A stretch of 55,219 nt of DNA, counting the filler, from Sluysia triapertura (lineage: Eukaryota), in the NCBI GenBank assembly GCA_046118255.1. It is 4 parts of 4 records of this genome, joined end to end, with 100 filler letters (N's around TTAATTAATTAA, not from the genome) between each part and the next. Parts side by side here need not be neighbours in the genome. Positions count along the whole stretch, not along the records: positions 1 to 10,783 come from JBJNIA010193549.1; positions 10,884 to 21,813 come from JBJNIA010191396.1; 2 more parts are not named here. One strand, given 5' to 3'. The translations under genes and the position numbers were made by a program. Numbering within the stretch: the first letter of the stretch is position 1; each line of letters begins with the position of its first letter. This document shows, piece after piece, positions 1 through 13,740 of this stretch. The notes beneath the pieces were generated by a model. The model worked only from the letters and a program-made list of their open reading frames with translations, did no database searches and was not told where the DNA came from.

Positions 1-59
<59 letters not shown>

Positions 60-73
60 GTAATAATAATAAT
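1..73. repeat. (TAA)n microsatellite, intronic in RasGEF gene
   Basis: Near-perfect TAA repeat immediately downstream (minus strand) of the GT donor at 77-76. Confidence 0.95.
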
Positions 74-77
74 AAAC

Positions 78-3000
78 CTTAGCTTGTAATTTGACATCGG
101 TAGTATTTCTTACTTCATCTATTGTCCACTGTACTATTTTTCCGGATAATTGCAAAAGATGAATTATTTCCTTATGATCTGATACTGATGATAATGAGGA
201 TGATTTTTTAGAAAATTTGTGTAATCGAATAATTTCTAAAAAATTCTTCTCTTTCGAAACTATCGCATTGAAATCTACGAATAAAAGAAATTATAAATTT
301 CATTAAACTTTTTCAAAATGGAATGAATGTTTTGATTATTTTATCATAATTTTCAGAAATAATATTGCTTGAATCAGTACTGCAACAGTGAACCATTTTA
401 GTTTATCAATAGTTTTTATTAAATTATGAATATTAAATTACTCAATTTAATTAAATTAAATTATTCAATTCACATTTGATTTTTGAATTACAAAATAAAC
501 ATTATTTTTATTGAACATTATGTTACACTTTTTTGTCATGTAATTATACCGGGACTTGAACGGTTTTAGTGTTAATCTTAATTTTAAGCGATTGAATTTG
601 TTTGTCAAGTAACAGATAGCCCTTGAATGTTTAAAATTTTGAATATACCTGTTAAAATGTTTAGAATCAGGTAATGTGAGTTTTGAAGAGCTGAATGTTT
701 TCTGTGTTTTATAATGAGTTTGATGGATTGGTGAATGTTCTGTTGATAGGTTATTGTGAGGTTTTTATAATAAAATTTTGAATTGCGAGTTGGTTCTAGA
801 ATTTATCTAGAATTTTTATCGTGCATTGGTTAGTTTACAAATAATACTATTTACTCATTATTTATTAATAATAATATTTTCGATTTATTTAAGCGTTACT
901 ACTTTTAATTGTTTCTGCCTACATCATCATCATTATTATTATTATAATAAGTTAGCATTATTTCACACTTATTTCAATCGAAGATACGAGATTGCCATTT
1001 ACAATCTTTACTGACATCTGGTTCGTCAAGCCATTGTCGACTTCAGGCTTATAAAAGCATCTTAAGAAATCATATTAAAATATTACAAATATTAAAAATA
1101 CAAAAGAAAATGTAGTACTTATTTTATTTAACAAATTAAATAATATTTATTGCAATATATTAATAAAAACTTTGCTAACATTTAATAAAATGACATGGAT
1201 GCACTTCATTAAAACATTGTTGTTGTAAAAGAGTAAGACACATAGCTAATACTTCCGGTGGTACTGTTATAATTGAAAATGAATCTTGCATTAATTCATG
1301 ATTAAGATTCGTTAAAGTATTGCCGTTGGTGGTACCAGTTAAAATTTGCGTAATTGAAAAAGACAATTTCCACTTACCACTTAATTTATTTGTTAATTTA
1401 TCATGCTGTTCCAGTAAATACTGACCAATGTTTACTTCACGAACCTTCTGTGATGCCTTAATAGGTTATTTTAATAATCATTTAATTACCAATATTTTTT
1501 GGTAAAAAAAGATTTTAAACAGTTTTTACATATCACAAATGTAAATTTATGAAAAAAGTTGAAACGTTAAATATATACCAAAAACAATAACTTTTTTCTA
1601 AATATTCAACTAAAAAGAGTATTATACTGACAAATATGCAATTACATATTTTTCAACTATCTATGAATAACACGAACAAATACATAATTATCATACATTT
1701 ATGGTAATAATCGAATATTTCCTTATAGTTTCCAACTTCATTATATATAAAATAAAAATATTGAAATAAAAGCAAGTTTGAATGTATAAAAAGCATTATT
1801 TTTTGTTTATGAAGCAAAATTCTTAATTTAAAAGACATAATTATTCTGACATCTGAAAATAAAAATAAAAGAAACGTTGTTTAAGAGAAAATTATAATCG
1901 TCATGAATTTCTAATCACTAAATATAATTTCGTATTATCACATATTTCACATACTAATACATTATATTAATGACAAATTATCCAAGGTTATTCTTGAACA
2001 GATTCAACTATTGATCAAACAAAGTGTTATAAATGTGAGAATGATAGAAATAGAACGGATGAAATAGATGTTGGAGTTTAATATAATTATTTAAATTTTG
2101 GATTAATATGAACCTTTTAATGAATTTTGGTTCTGATTTATAAGAAAAAATAGTTAATTTAATCAAACTTTTATTTCTTGATTTTTTAGTATCTTGCAAA
2201 TTTCGAGACTCAAAACAATTTACAAGTTATAATTCAAAAGACATAATATTTGTTATTTTTATCCGGTATGTGCCTTGCCTCAGTCTATACGTTTCGCCAT
2301 CTAAATAAAAATCACAGAAATTAATATCATTATAAAAGGGATAAGAATTAATTACTTTAAGTTCATTAATATTCGAATTGTTATTGTTCCCGTTCAGATC
2401 TGATGCTCCGAGACTTCTTAGGATGCTTCTGATTCTGGAGTAATTGTCAACATACGGTACAAATTCAGTATTGGGAATTATTAGTTGATCCACTGTATGG
2501 GCGTATATGCAACCGCTCCCATACTTGACAGAAATTTCATCTTGGTCACTATCGAATAAGCAGATTGCCTTTTTCATAACTTCGGTGAGTTAATAGCATT
2601 GGTAGATTTCTCTAATCGTATGTCGTATTCGAATTCATCATGATATACATTGTAAGGATGATTTTTGATAATTTCTTTCTTTCATTCACATGTTTTGGTG
2701 GTGATAACTCTGCTGTATGATCTTTATTATCTGCCATAACATCAATTAGAACTATGCATTGTGTTTGTGCATCTCGAGAAGAATTGTCATCGTCAACGCT
2801 AGTTATAATAGAATCCACATATTTCACAAATACATCGTCGACATTAGGAACTTCGAATACATTGAAAGTAAAATTATTTGAATCCGAGACGTCTAATTTT
2901 AATGCATATGACTTGAACCACCTATTTGCTATGAGTAATATCATATCAGACTTAGAATATAATTCTTTGGTTGGCTTGGATAATGCCAATTTTAATTTCA

Positions 3001-3834
3001 ATAATGTCGTGTTGATAATGTATTCAGAAGCTTGTTTAACAAAAACTTTATTTTTAACACTAACTTCAAAATGATGTATATTATTATGATCATTGCGATA
3101 CTTCTTAACTTTATTTTCTGACAAAACTTGTGAATTCAGTTCAATTTTATTTACAACTAAAATAAAAGGAAAATTCATTGGATCTGTCGAATTCATTTTT
3201 AATAAAAAATCAACATGTTGATAATTATGTTGATAATCAAAATTATTATTACGTAACAATTCATAATTGATGTTTTGCCAACTTCACTATCACCTAATAA
3301 AATGATTTTTAACGTTAACCTGTTTAAAGCCATAATTATCATCTTACATAATATAAGTACGATTACAACGATAAAAATTTTTAAAAATCTTTTTTTGAAA
3401 ATCAATTTTTTAAAAAATCTTTAAAAATCAAATTATAAAAATTTTCAAATTATATATATAGTGATTTTTAGTTTGTTTGGATTGATTGTCCAACCAGAGA
3501 TATATACAAGTAATGATAAAGTTTGCTCTCGTTGGACAGCTAATAATAATCATTGTTGATGAATTGATTGATAGATGAAATGTAAATTAATGCAGTCACC
3601 ACTGGTAGTGAGAGTTACTAAATTAATCTCAAAATAAATTAATGCGAATAAAAATAATGAAAAATGATAATAATAATAATAATATTACATTATTATTACT
3701 ATTATTATTATTATTATTTATAACGATTAATTCCATAAATTTCTTAAATTCTTTTGAACAAGAACTTTCTATCACATCTTCAACTTCTCAACATATTTAG
3801 AATTTGAAAATAATAATGAATAACAATGTTAATG

Positions 3835-3870
<36 letters not shown>

Positions 3871-6800
3871 GTAATTATATTAATAATGATAATGATGATG
3901 ATAATAACTACTGACTATTCAATGACTATTTATTATAGACTAACAATTTTAGTGACTACTTAAAGATTATTATATTTTAACTATTTATTATTGGTACCTA
4001 TTATTATGCAATTTTATTATTGCAATACTTTTCATAATATAAAACCAAAAAATTAATTAAAAAATTGAATGATATACTTTAGCAAGTTGGTATTTTAACA
4101 TTTGTTAACACAATTGGTGATTTAACAATTTCTTGACAATTTGTGATTGACGATCTGATAAACTTTAAAGATAAGAATTATTACCTATTGGTTGAAAAAA
4201 TAAAATCATTCTGCTTATATATATATATTCTAATATTGAAAATTTGATTGTTCATACATATAATTCTGATATTGAACATTTGATTAAATAAAATCTTATG
4301 TGCACAATTTATTCTTGCGTCTAAAGGGTAATTGCAAAATAGAGTTTTTGAAATAAAATAAAACTTCTGAGAAGTAAACTAAAAGTTATTATGAGATAAA
4401 CTAAACTTATTATAAGATAAAATAAGGTATTTACGATAAAACAAAGTAAAACTTTACCAAATAAATAGTTGAATACGATTCATAAATTAAAATAAATTAA
4501 ATGAAGTCAAGTGACTCTAGATAACAATAGAAATTTAAATCAAGAAAACCATTATTATTTGTTAAGTACTTCCATCTCGAACAACTGAGACCAGTATAAG
4601 ACTCGCGACATTAAATATAAGTATGTAGAGTAAGTTAAGCTTTTAAATAAGTTAAGTGAATTAATAGTGGTTCATAATTATTGACACTCCAGAGACATAT
4701 ATAAAAGAACCCAACGTAAAGAACAAATTGACACATTATATATAAACCACATTTTATAGTTTTTACATTAAAGTAATTAATTGATTCAGTGAATAAAGAA
4801 TTTTGAATAAATGTTTGGTGACAAAAAATTTCACACGAATTTAATAGAATCTCACCTCAGGCATTCCTGGTACTGGAATATAATTTTTGCTAAAATATTG
4901 TTAATCGTTAGTCTATTTGCTGTTTGTTGTGTTGTATTATAACCCCTCAAAAACCTTCTTATTATCATTATAGTAATATTAAAATAAAAAATTAATAAAG
5001 TAATAATATTTAAATAATAGAAATAAAGGAATAATAAATTAATACCTAGCAAAGAAGACATTATTGGATAAAAACTGGTATGAAAATTCAAATATTAATC
5101 ATGATAACATAGTTAGTTTATTTTTATAGGATTTCGGTTCGCTAAAGGAACTTTTCTAAGTATTTGTTTACACCGATTTAATGAGGCTAAAACTAATTAA
5201 AAAAGTAATCATGAACGTGATACGAAACTTCGTAATACTTTTGTTTTTATTTTGTACAATAGTTGGTAGGTTTAGGTAACAATATTAATTTTATTATCGA
5301 TTTATTTTTATTGAATTGGGTTTATAAATCTTACTTACCGAGTTTATAAGTTCTTAAGCATACTTAGGTTTTGACCGTGTCAATTTAATAAATTTTTGGA
5401 TAGTTACAAACACCCTATTTGATGTTATAAATCGTAAATTGTAAAAGAACCCTTATAAGTTCACAGAAGACCACAACATTTACAAATGTTACTATAAGTA
5501 ATTATTATTTTGGTTCAGTTTATTTAGTGCGTAATTTAAAAAATAAAAAATTGAAAATAAGAAAAACAATGAAATAAATTGGATACATAAATTTTATTTC
5601 CCTTTGTTCCAAAATTTTTAACAGAAAAATGAAAGACAATAAACTGAAATGTAAAAAGTAATATGGAATAGGGATACTTTAAAACAAATATAATTTGGAA
5701 GAAAAATATGCTGTTGATGTAAGCTATTTTGAAAATAAAATTGTTACAACAAAATTTATTATTTTTGTAGTTTGTTTTAATTAATCTAAAACTACCGTGT
5801 AATATATCTTCATTTTTTTCTTTTCCTGATGAAACTACTAAACCTTATAGCTATTATTATGAAATAGTATATTAAAAGTAAATTATAAAATAGAATATTC
5901 TAACCGGACTTAAACCTTTCATAGCACCAGTAAATTGAAAAGTTAGCGAATTTAAATGATTCTTTCCAGCATTTTCAAATAGATTTTCAATTAAATTATT
6001 CACTCCAATTAAATGACAGCTTAACTAAAAATATTAAATCATATTAAAATAATGATTCAAATATAAATTGTTTCTGTTTATCATTAAATATACCGTTCTG
6101 TGCAAAAACAACAAACTTATAATTCTTCTGAACATATTTTAACACATTTAACTGATTTACATAAGTATTATTGAGGTTCGTATGACGCTACTTGTTAAGT
6201 TTATGCTTAATATGGAAATAAAGATAGTATCAGTTAAATTACAAAATTTAACCTACCATCGTGATCTTTATTTAATCGAAGGACACGAACTGTTCGAGCA
6301 CTTATGTGAGGAATCATTTCTTTATAGGAAGTTCGGATTTTTTATTAATAGTCAATCGCATAAAAACTGACTAGCTTTAAAAAATTTTCTGTAGCAATTC
6401 TTACCATTGATTTTATTTTAGATTTCAATATCATTATCAATATCAATATCAATATTCACTCTTAAAAATATATTCATTACAAATAAAATTAATTAAAATA
6501 AAATTGTTATTAAACTTATGAAATTATAATTAATTAAGTTACGTTATATTATTCTTAAAAAAGAATTAAACATATTACTTACAAAGATGATTATTTTTAT
6601 AATAGAATAATTATTACAGAATTAAATTCATATTACATACTGAATAAATGTAGAATTTACCACAAAACTGAATAATTATCATTTAATAGAATTTATAGTA
6701 CAGTAAATTAATATTGGAATTATTGAAATTAGAAATTAGTGAAGCGAATATTATTAGAATTTATTATACAATCACTATGTTTCAGTAAGTATTCATAATT

Positions 6801-8234
6801 GAATTCTAATAGGTTTATTTGATTGAAGTTATTGACAATTGAATTTTACCAGGTTTATATTTAATAAACCTTTACTTTAGTTAGTTATTTTCACTAAATC
6901 AAAAGAGGAGAAAGTTTGAGATTTTAAATTTATAAAAAGATTTATAACATTTCCATCTCTTACATCAGGGATAAGTCAAGACTCAACAAATACATAAAAT
7001 AATAATGAAATATTTATAAAGTATTTATTACTACCTTATGTAAAATGCCCATTATTCGAAAAACATCTATAGATTTCTAATTAGGCTTAACGACTAGTCT
7101 ATTGAAAAAACATTAAGCACAACAACTTTAGCTTCTAGTAATTTTTAGCGCATTTTAAAAACTAAGTATTGATCTAGTACTTGCAACAAAAGCAAAGTCA
7201 ACATAAATTTATAGCATGTAAAATTTATAAAAATCGAAATGCAAAAGCACTTACAAAGGAATTATATCACGTTTATTAAAAAGAATTTCATTTGAATAAT
7301 TGCTTATCTGTGTATAAAATTATTCAAAAGTTTGAATGTCAATCATTGATAAATAATTAAACTTTGTATCATAATTACTTTCAATTTCACTACTAAACAA
7401 ATCAAAAGATTAAATCGTTGTATGTCAATTTTGAATCTCTACTTTATTCTGGTGCCGACTTACATAAATATTACCTGTATTAATGTATACTTCAGACTTT
7501 AATTTTGCACCTTATTTGAAAATTTATAAAACGTTTACTTATATATAAAAGTTATAATGTAAGTTGCACTTCATAGAAGTGTACACTTAGCATGCAAACG
7601 CTACATTATTGAGACTACATGATGTTGAATGCGATAATATTAAAGCTGATTCCATAGACGGTGACCAACATATTAGTCATTCATAATGATCATACTTTGG
7701 TATTTCAAAGAGTTAATCATTCAAAAGTTTTTACATTATAAAAATGTACTAATAAAGAAAAAAATAAAACATAAATATGATCTTCAAGGTCAGAAATAAA
7801 AAAAATTAAAACAAAATTTTACATTATTGAAATATTATTTTAATATTATTAATATTTTGCTGACACTATTATTATTAAAATATTAATATTTTATTTCAAA
7901 GGTGCAAAATCATCACAAGTTTTTAGTTTTATATTTTTAATGTAATTATAGTTATAATTACACAACACGATTAATCGATTCGAAGTTTCGCTGAAATAAC
8001 TTTATTCATTTGTAAATAAATCTAGATATAAGTAGTAAAATATACTTTTTAAATTTTTTCGACCGTATATATAGTGGCATTTGACATTACATAAGAGTCT
8101 TGATAAAATTCTTTTGATTATGCTTGGAAAATTAATGAAAATAAATTCTTGTATTCGAAAGACTTTATAATATTGTTGATTTTTAATTTGATTTCAAAAA
8201 AAGAACAAAATAAATAATTACATATAATTACATA

Positions 8235-8312
<78 letters not shown>

Positions 8313-9512
8313 TAACCTTATTACTGACTAATTGCCAAATAGAAGAAATTATACGGTCAGTCATATCAATTACATAAAATCCATCGATCCAAGCCATAAG
8401 AATAAACAGTAACCTATATCTAGCTTTACTCAATATTGATTGATTATTGGAACCTAATTGTTGCTGCGAATTTATTTCTATAGAATTAAATGTTTTGAAT
8501 AAATTCGAAAGAAATTCAGTTGGAGTCATAAATTCACGATAAACGAGAAAAAATTCATATAACAATCCAGAATTAATAGCTCCTCTATAATTTGAATTAA
8601 TATTAATATGTGTTTTAAATGCTTTTAGAAAAGTAAAATTATATTGTATAAAACATGTATTATAATTTATTATTAGCTTAAAATTTTTATAAAGTTTTCA
8701 AATTATATTAATTCCTATAAAAATAGTAGCATCTAGAAACAATTAAATGTTATGTAAAAGAAAGATCTACATAGTTTTAGATTGATAAACAAACTCTTAT
8801 TTAGAATAGTTCCAATTTGTATTTTATAATAATGTTGAATGTAGATTAACCAAATATAAATTGAAAAAGTAACGTATCCTTGAACATCGTAGTTTTAAAA
8901 ACTCGGTATTTATTTTTGAAATTTTATATTGTGATTTAAGAAAATTTGTTTTTACAATCATTATAACTTTTGAAAAATATCACAATAATAAAATTTTATA
9001 TTTATCGAATATATTGTTAAATTTATCCATTTGCATTCACAGGGAGTTAGATGAACTTTCAAATTTTGTATGAAAAATCGATGAAGCTTGCAATTTTCTC
9101 AATTTCTGATGGTTCAATTAATAAAAAGTAAGCTTAACTTCAATTAAAACATGATTTTTTTCTTGTCTACGGTTTTTATTTTTAAATTTTTTTATTATCC
9201 TGAATTATTTTGAGGACACATTCAATTGAAACCTCTTATAAAAAGATTTTTAACAAAGTGGTTTTTTATAGCACGAACGATTCTTCAAACTAATTAATCA
9301 ATGATAATTAAAATTTAAAACTAAAAACTAATTAAAACTTACTTGATAAACAAACAACCAATAAGAATATCAACTGTAACTGTTTGTAAATTATTTATCA
9401 CAAGTGTTGACGTTGAAGTGGTACCATCTGTAGTTGTTGATGAAGTTTTGTTAGAATTATACAAAGTACGTATAAATTTGATATTTACAGAATGATATTC
9501 AACTATAGTTAA
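78..9512 (-). CDS. Ras-family guanine nucleotide exchange factor (REM + CDC25 domains), partial spliced gene
   Basis: Five GT-AG exons with compatible phases and no stops: 9512-9343, 8584-8317, 6024-5905, 1456-1180, 274-78. REM-like peptide LQTVTVDILIGCLF..YEFFLVYREFMTPTEFLSNL..RLLFILMAWID. CDC25-like peptide PPEVLAMCLTLLQQQCFNEVHPCHF..IIHLLQLSGKIVQWTIDEV. First exon not resolved; gene continues beyond position 1. Confidence 0.85.
2227..2577 (-). CDS. hypothetical 116-aa ORF, distal part of cassette A cargo
   Basis: ATG-initiated ORF directly downstream of the Rab7-like frame; protein-like composition but no family recognised. May be a broken continuation of the upstream frame. Confidence 0.3.
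   Translation of the reverse strand: MKKAICLFDSDQDEISVKYGSGCIYAHTVDQLIIPNTEFVPYVDNYSRIRSILRSLGASDLNGNNNNSNINELKVINSYPFYNDINFCDFYLDGETYRLRQGTYRIKITNIMSFEL
2612..3333 (-). pseudogene. Rab7-like small GTPase copy: intronless, frameshifted, internally deleted, with unrelated C-terminal extension
   Basis: ATG at 3333: MALNRLTLKIILLGDSEVGKTSIMNCY (G1 P-loop). Frameshift near 3255, then VDFLLK joined directly to STDPMNFPFILVVNKIEL..NNIHHFEVSVK..VKQA, matching the Rab7 pattern DPENFPFVVLGNKIDL..NNIPYFETSAK. The DTAGQE/switch II region is absent. Nested in a RasGEF intron. Confidence 0.8.
3487..3655. promoter_or_regulatory. cassette conserved region, copy A (hairpin + GTCACCACTGGTAGTG box)
   Basis: Inverted repeat 3487-3499/3526-3538 (12/13). 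The whole block is visibly homologous to 16842-17015 (shared aaattaatgcagtcaccactggtagtg..gttactaaattaatc). A TATATATA run at ~3450-3460 lies between it and the cargo ATG. Regulatory role is inferred. Confidence 0.65.
7420..8015 (-). mobile_element. possible Penelope-like retroelement remnant
   Basis: Broken frame YVGH...RIQHH reminiscent of a GIY-YIG nuclease, plus a TGAATAAAG..GCGAAACTTCG motif near 7980-8010 resembling Penelope terminal motifs. Highly decayed. Confidence 0.25.
8236..8310. repeat. (ATT)n microsatellite at start of RasGEF intron
   Basis: Perfect ATT repeat just after the donor at 8316-8315. Confidence 0.95.
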
Positions 9513-10783
9513 CTGTTATTAAAAATACAAAACAAAAAAAACCAAATTAACTTTTAATAAATTATTATTATTATGATTATTATTATTATTAATTAATTAA
9601 TTAATTAATTAATTAATGTAAAATAAAACACCTTGACTCAACTTTTATACTTTGATTACGATGTTAAGTGAAAAGCACTCAAAAATCATAGACCTAACTA
9701 ATACAATTTAATCATTAACAATTTCTGGTCCACTCTCCAATATCACTAAACATATTCCGTTGACATACATTTATTACAATTGTATTTCTTTTCGATTTAT
9801 TCAATTTGACTTATTTCGAATATTAGACTTGTGAATAACATTTTAAACATAAAGTATGATTAATTCAATTAATAGTATATTGATTTTTAATCTCATTAAC
9901 TTTGTAATATGCATTTAATTAATTGATGTAAATAAATTCTATAGAAACGTAGAAACACTGCTATGCGTATTATATTGATGAATCTTATTTTATGTCTTAA
10001 CGAATAAAAATGGTACAACTTTGATATACTGTGTTAGAATAGCGTGTGCAAGGAGATAACAAATATCAAAAATTAATTGTATTAGATTTCCTAATTTTAG
10101 AAAAATAAAATAAATCAATAAGTTCTAAATAAAGTATAATCCGATAATAATTTAATACATTACCACCGGAATTCAAAAATATAAAAAAAATTAACTGTAT
10201 AATGATATTCATACTAAACAAGTTGAACTTTTTTTACCGTAACCGTTGTTGTTTTTAATACTTTCTTGGAGCATGTAATAGCCGCATTTTATTAAGTTGC
10301 AGTTATTAAAATAAAAAAATTTGAAAATGTGTCGCAAAATAGGAAATGAGCTGATAATGGATTAAATATAAATTTTACGTTTATGACAATAAATTAGCGT
10401 TCGAAAAAACTTATATATTTTGAAAACTTCTACAAAACCTTGCATCTGAAAACAAAAACAAAAGTTGAAGTTGTATAATTATACATGTATTTTAATAGAA
10501 TTTATGCGTATTTATTCAGAGGGAAACTATGGGAGCGGAAGGGGATATATATCCTTTTCTGGATCGATTATTGTGGTAAAGTCAGCCTTACAATCTAACG
10601 CACATTATAAAAATTTAACCCTACAACATATTTACAACAAACTGCATCCAATAAATAGCATCTTTTAACAAGGATAACAATAGTCTCGCTTACATTTAGT
10701 GATACACGCATGCACTCATTAATAGGTTCATTATCTCGTATGTAGAATATCCAAATACTTATATTAAACAATTCTCATGTAAA

Positions 10784-10883
10784 NNNNNNNNNNNNNNNNN
10801 NNNNNNNNNNNNNNNNNNNNNNNNNNNTTAATTAATTAANNNNNNNNNNNNNNNNNNNNNNNNNNNNNNNNNNNNNNNNNNNN
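10784..10883. other. artificial contig linker
   Basis: 44 N + TTAATTAATTAA (stops in all six frames) + 44 N. Confidence 0.97.
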
Positions 10884-10884
10884 T

Positions 10885-10925
<41 letters not shown>
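10885..10925. repeat. (TAG)n microsatellite at contig start
   Basis: Perfect TAG repeat. Confidence 0.9.
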
Positions 10926-11410
10926 ATGATGATGATTATTTTGATAATGATGATGCTTACTGAAATTGTTTCTTCTTCAAGACATCACTAAGAATCACTC
11001 AATTTTTGAATCTTGAATTTGTACCACATGAATATATTTGTAACTTTCTCAGCAGAAACACCAAGTAGTATTGGCAATACGTAATTTAATTCCGTATATT
11101 TTAAAAGACGAGGTCTGCTGATACCAACTTGTAACGAAGATATTATAGAATATTTACCAAATTAAAAACTTCCAGATATTTTATCAAGCCATATTTAAAG
11201 TAACACATTTAAAACACACATTTAGCATTATATTTTTTATAATATAATTTGTTGTGAGTTATGTTTTGGACCACATTCTCCAATCACGTTTTGTAAAATG
11301 TAAGCACACTGAATCTATACCATTCGAACTTTATCATAAAATATTTTTTCGACAATCGAACATATGTCATTATAATAACTTAATAAATAGAAATAGATTT
11401 TACTTTCCAG

Positions 11411-11938
11411 GTACCTGATTTATCTATTAGCAAAACCTTATTAATTTTAATTGGTTACTCTCATAAATTTATTGGAATTTATATAAATATTATTTTAGCT
11501 GCATCTCTAGAAGCATGGTCAGAAAGTTTTGGAAAAACTCAGCAACACCAGCAACAACAGATTGAATCTTTATCTTCTGTAGTAGCAGCAGCAGTCACAG
11601 GGTTTAATAATAATAATAATAATAAAGATAATAACAATAACAATAATAACAATAATAATATTTATAATAATAATTATAATAATAACAATGGAAATAACAA
11701 AGGAACTCTTTCTAGAACCAGTACCATAAAAAGATCATTTTATAAGAGTCAGAATCAGAATCAGAATCATAATAATTTATCTATGTATCCATATCAATTA
11801 CCTTATAATATCGGAGTCATACCAACAATTACTGTTACAAATCCATTTGGTGATATCGAATTTGGTATCCACCCCAATCAGGCACGTGTTTTTAATTCTT
11901 GTTACGATGTTAGTGGTTCTTATTTTTGTAGATTCTGA
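11411..11938 (+). CDS. last two exons of an unidentified gene (Gln/Asn-rich C-terminus)
   Basis: Exon 11411-11453 after ttttactttccag, 45-bp GT-AG intron 11454-11498, exon 11499-11938 ending in TGA. Spliced product VPDLSISKTLLILIAASLEAWSESFGKTQQHQQQQ..polyN..IPTITVTNPFGDIEF..YFCRF*, stop-free for ~160 codons. Missed by the ORF track. Confidence 0.7.
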   Translation, partial: VPDLSISKTLLILIGYSHKFIGIYINIILAASLEAWSESFGKTQQHQQQQIESLSSVVAAAVTGFNNNNNNKDNNNNNNNNNNIYNNNYNNNNGNNKGTLSRTSTIKRSFYKSQNQNQNHNNLSMYPYQLPYNIGVIPTITVTNPFGDIEFGIHPNQARVFNSCYDVSGSYFCRF

Positions 11939-13074
11939 AATATAATGTTTAAAATATAATCATTTTTAAATTTTCAAGTCTTTTACTACCTTTTTTCTAC
12001 TTGGTTCAAATAAATTTTAAAAAATACATAATTCCCTGTCAATTGTAATATGTACCGCAACAATTCGAGTGTACCGTGGTGGCCAAATTATGTGATGAAA
12101 TTCAATAATTTTCAAGGAAACTAGGAAACTATCACCGACAGTTGTCACGGAAAATGTAAAATGTTGAAAAATAACTACTTTCTCCAAAAAAAATTCTGCG
12201 GAAAGTAAAATAATAGATAAAAATACTGAGATCCAAAACATTCAGAAATTTTATTCATGTAGAATGTGATAACACAATTTACTACAAATCAAATATGTAC
12301 AAACTGTTGCATCAGCACTTTGTTTGCCCTCCTTTGTTATCCAATAATTTCCTGATCCTTAAAGGCGCATGCCACGGATGAGCTTGGTCCTCATGTAACT
12401 ACTCGTCCTATTTGCTAACTAATTTATATAATCGAAAAAATTTATCCCCTATATTGACATTGTTATTTAACAAATAGGTGTGTTAGAATAATTAGAATAA
12501 CAGTACAAAATAAAAGACCAATTAAAATTGAATAATTCGGTGTTTGTATTCTTTAGAAAATGCTTATTACAAATTTATGATTATGTGAATAGCATGCGCC
12601 GAATAATATAATTTTAACAAGTTGCAGTAAAATTATTTTTTCCTTCATTGACAAATTGATAAATCAATTGTAATTATTGTTTAGTTTTGTGTCAACAGAT
12701 CATAATTCAATTTCCTATTTCATGTCCACCTGTCTCAGGTGCTAAGAATGAAACTATTGTTTTATTGTCGATATGATTTATGACGAGGTGATATTACAAG
12801 TTTGCCATGTTGATATGGTATAGTAATGAACTGTATACATTGAGGGGCGTAAAAAGTGCTGTATGAATATTCTGCAACACTTTTCATTAAGAAAGTGAAC
12901 TATTGATTGGTTCAATAAATATTTTCGTGATAATTTGTTATTAATTGTTCTACTTTTTCAATATTTCAGTAAACTTACTTATATCTCATTAAACAATCTA
13001 GAATTAAAATAAGATATGACTTTTCTCTTTATTATTATTTAAAATCAAAATTTTATAAATAGTGAAATATTACC

Positions 13075-13740
13075 TCAAAATGCCATGCATAAAAATCTTC
13101 TAAACTTTCTTCAACTTCATTATGATTTAGGTCTTTCGATATAAAATATGTGATCTATAAAATCCACTCGTAATACAGATCATTGTTACATCATCCCATT
13201 ATTCTTTTATCCAATTACACATTAAACCATAAGAGGCTGTTTTCAAAACTCCACCCGAAGTAAAACTATGTGATTCTTTAGTTATATCCATTTAGTCAAT
13301 TTTTCTCGTAGCTTTTTTTGAATGATCCAATAGTTGTAAAATCTTGTAAAATCTTGGTTATCACTGGAACAAGATTTAATTTTATTTGGGACTTTGCTGA
13401 ATTAACTATTACCATTGATAACGGACTACAAAATGAGTTGGGTCTTTATCTACCAATCCATGATGATTTTACTATCGATCCAATCTTTGCGATTTACTTT
13501 AACAACTATTCCTGTCTGAAAAACTTCTTTCTTTGGAAATGTTTTTGTTTTAAATATTATTAATGATGGTAAACACGTAGAACAACAGTAGAGTGAGTTT
13601 CTTCGTGGCCTCTTCTTGTTGCAATTCTGACTGATTTCGCACCTTTTGATTGGACAGTGCAATCGTACAGGAACTTCTTTTATAATTTCGATCAGAATGT
13701 TCTAAATTTCCCATCTAAAGGTAACTTTCGTACAACCGAA
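13075..13740 (-). mobile_element. pogo/Tigger-family (DDE_1) transposase remnant
   Basis: FKTKTFPKKEVFQTGIVVKVNRKDWIDSKIIMDW and HSFTSGGVLKTASYGLMCNWIKE*WDDV are characteristic pogo DDE_1 segments; stops and frameshifts present. Confidence 0.75.

Noticed and set aside
4330-5480. Solo LTRs here and at ~31150-31450, ~43380-43920, ~52600-52900
   Set aside because: TATA, AATAAA and TGG motifs are suggestive, but no paired LTRs, TSDs or clear PBS could be shown.
4078-7306. Additional RasGEF exons near 4078-4155 and 7254-7306
   Set aside because: Splice-like ends, but in-frame stops or phases incompatible with the flanking exons.
8218-8316. Poly-Asn tail of the 8218-8565 ORF
   Set aside because: Lies beyond a good GT donor at 8316; it is an intronic microsatellite read through by the ORF caller.
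9630-9770. First exon(s) of RasGEF
   Set aside because: An ATG and splice-like sites exist, but I found no stop-free, phase-compatible join to the 9512 acceptor.
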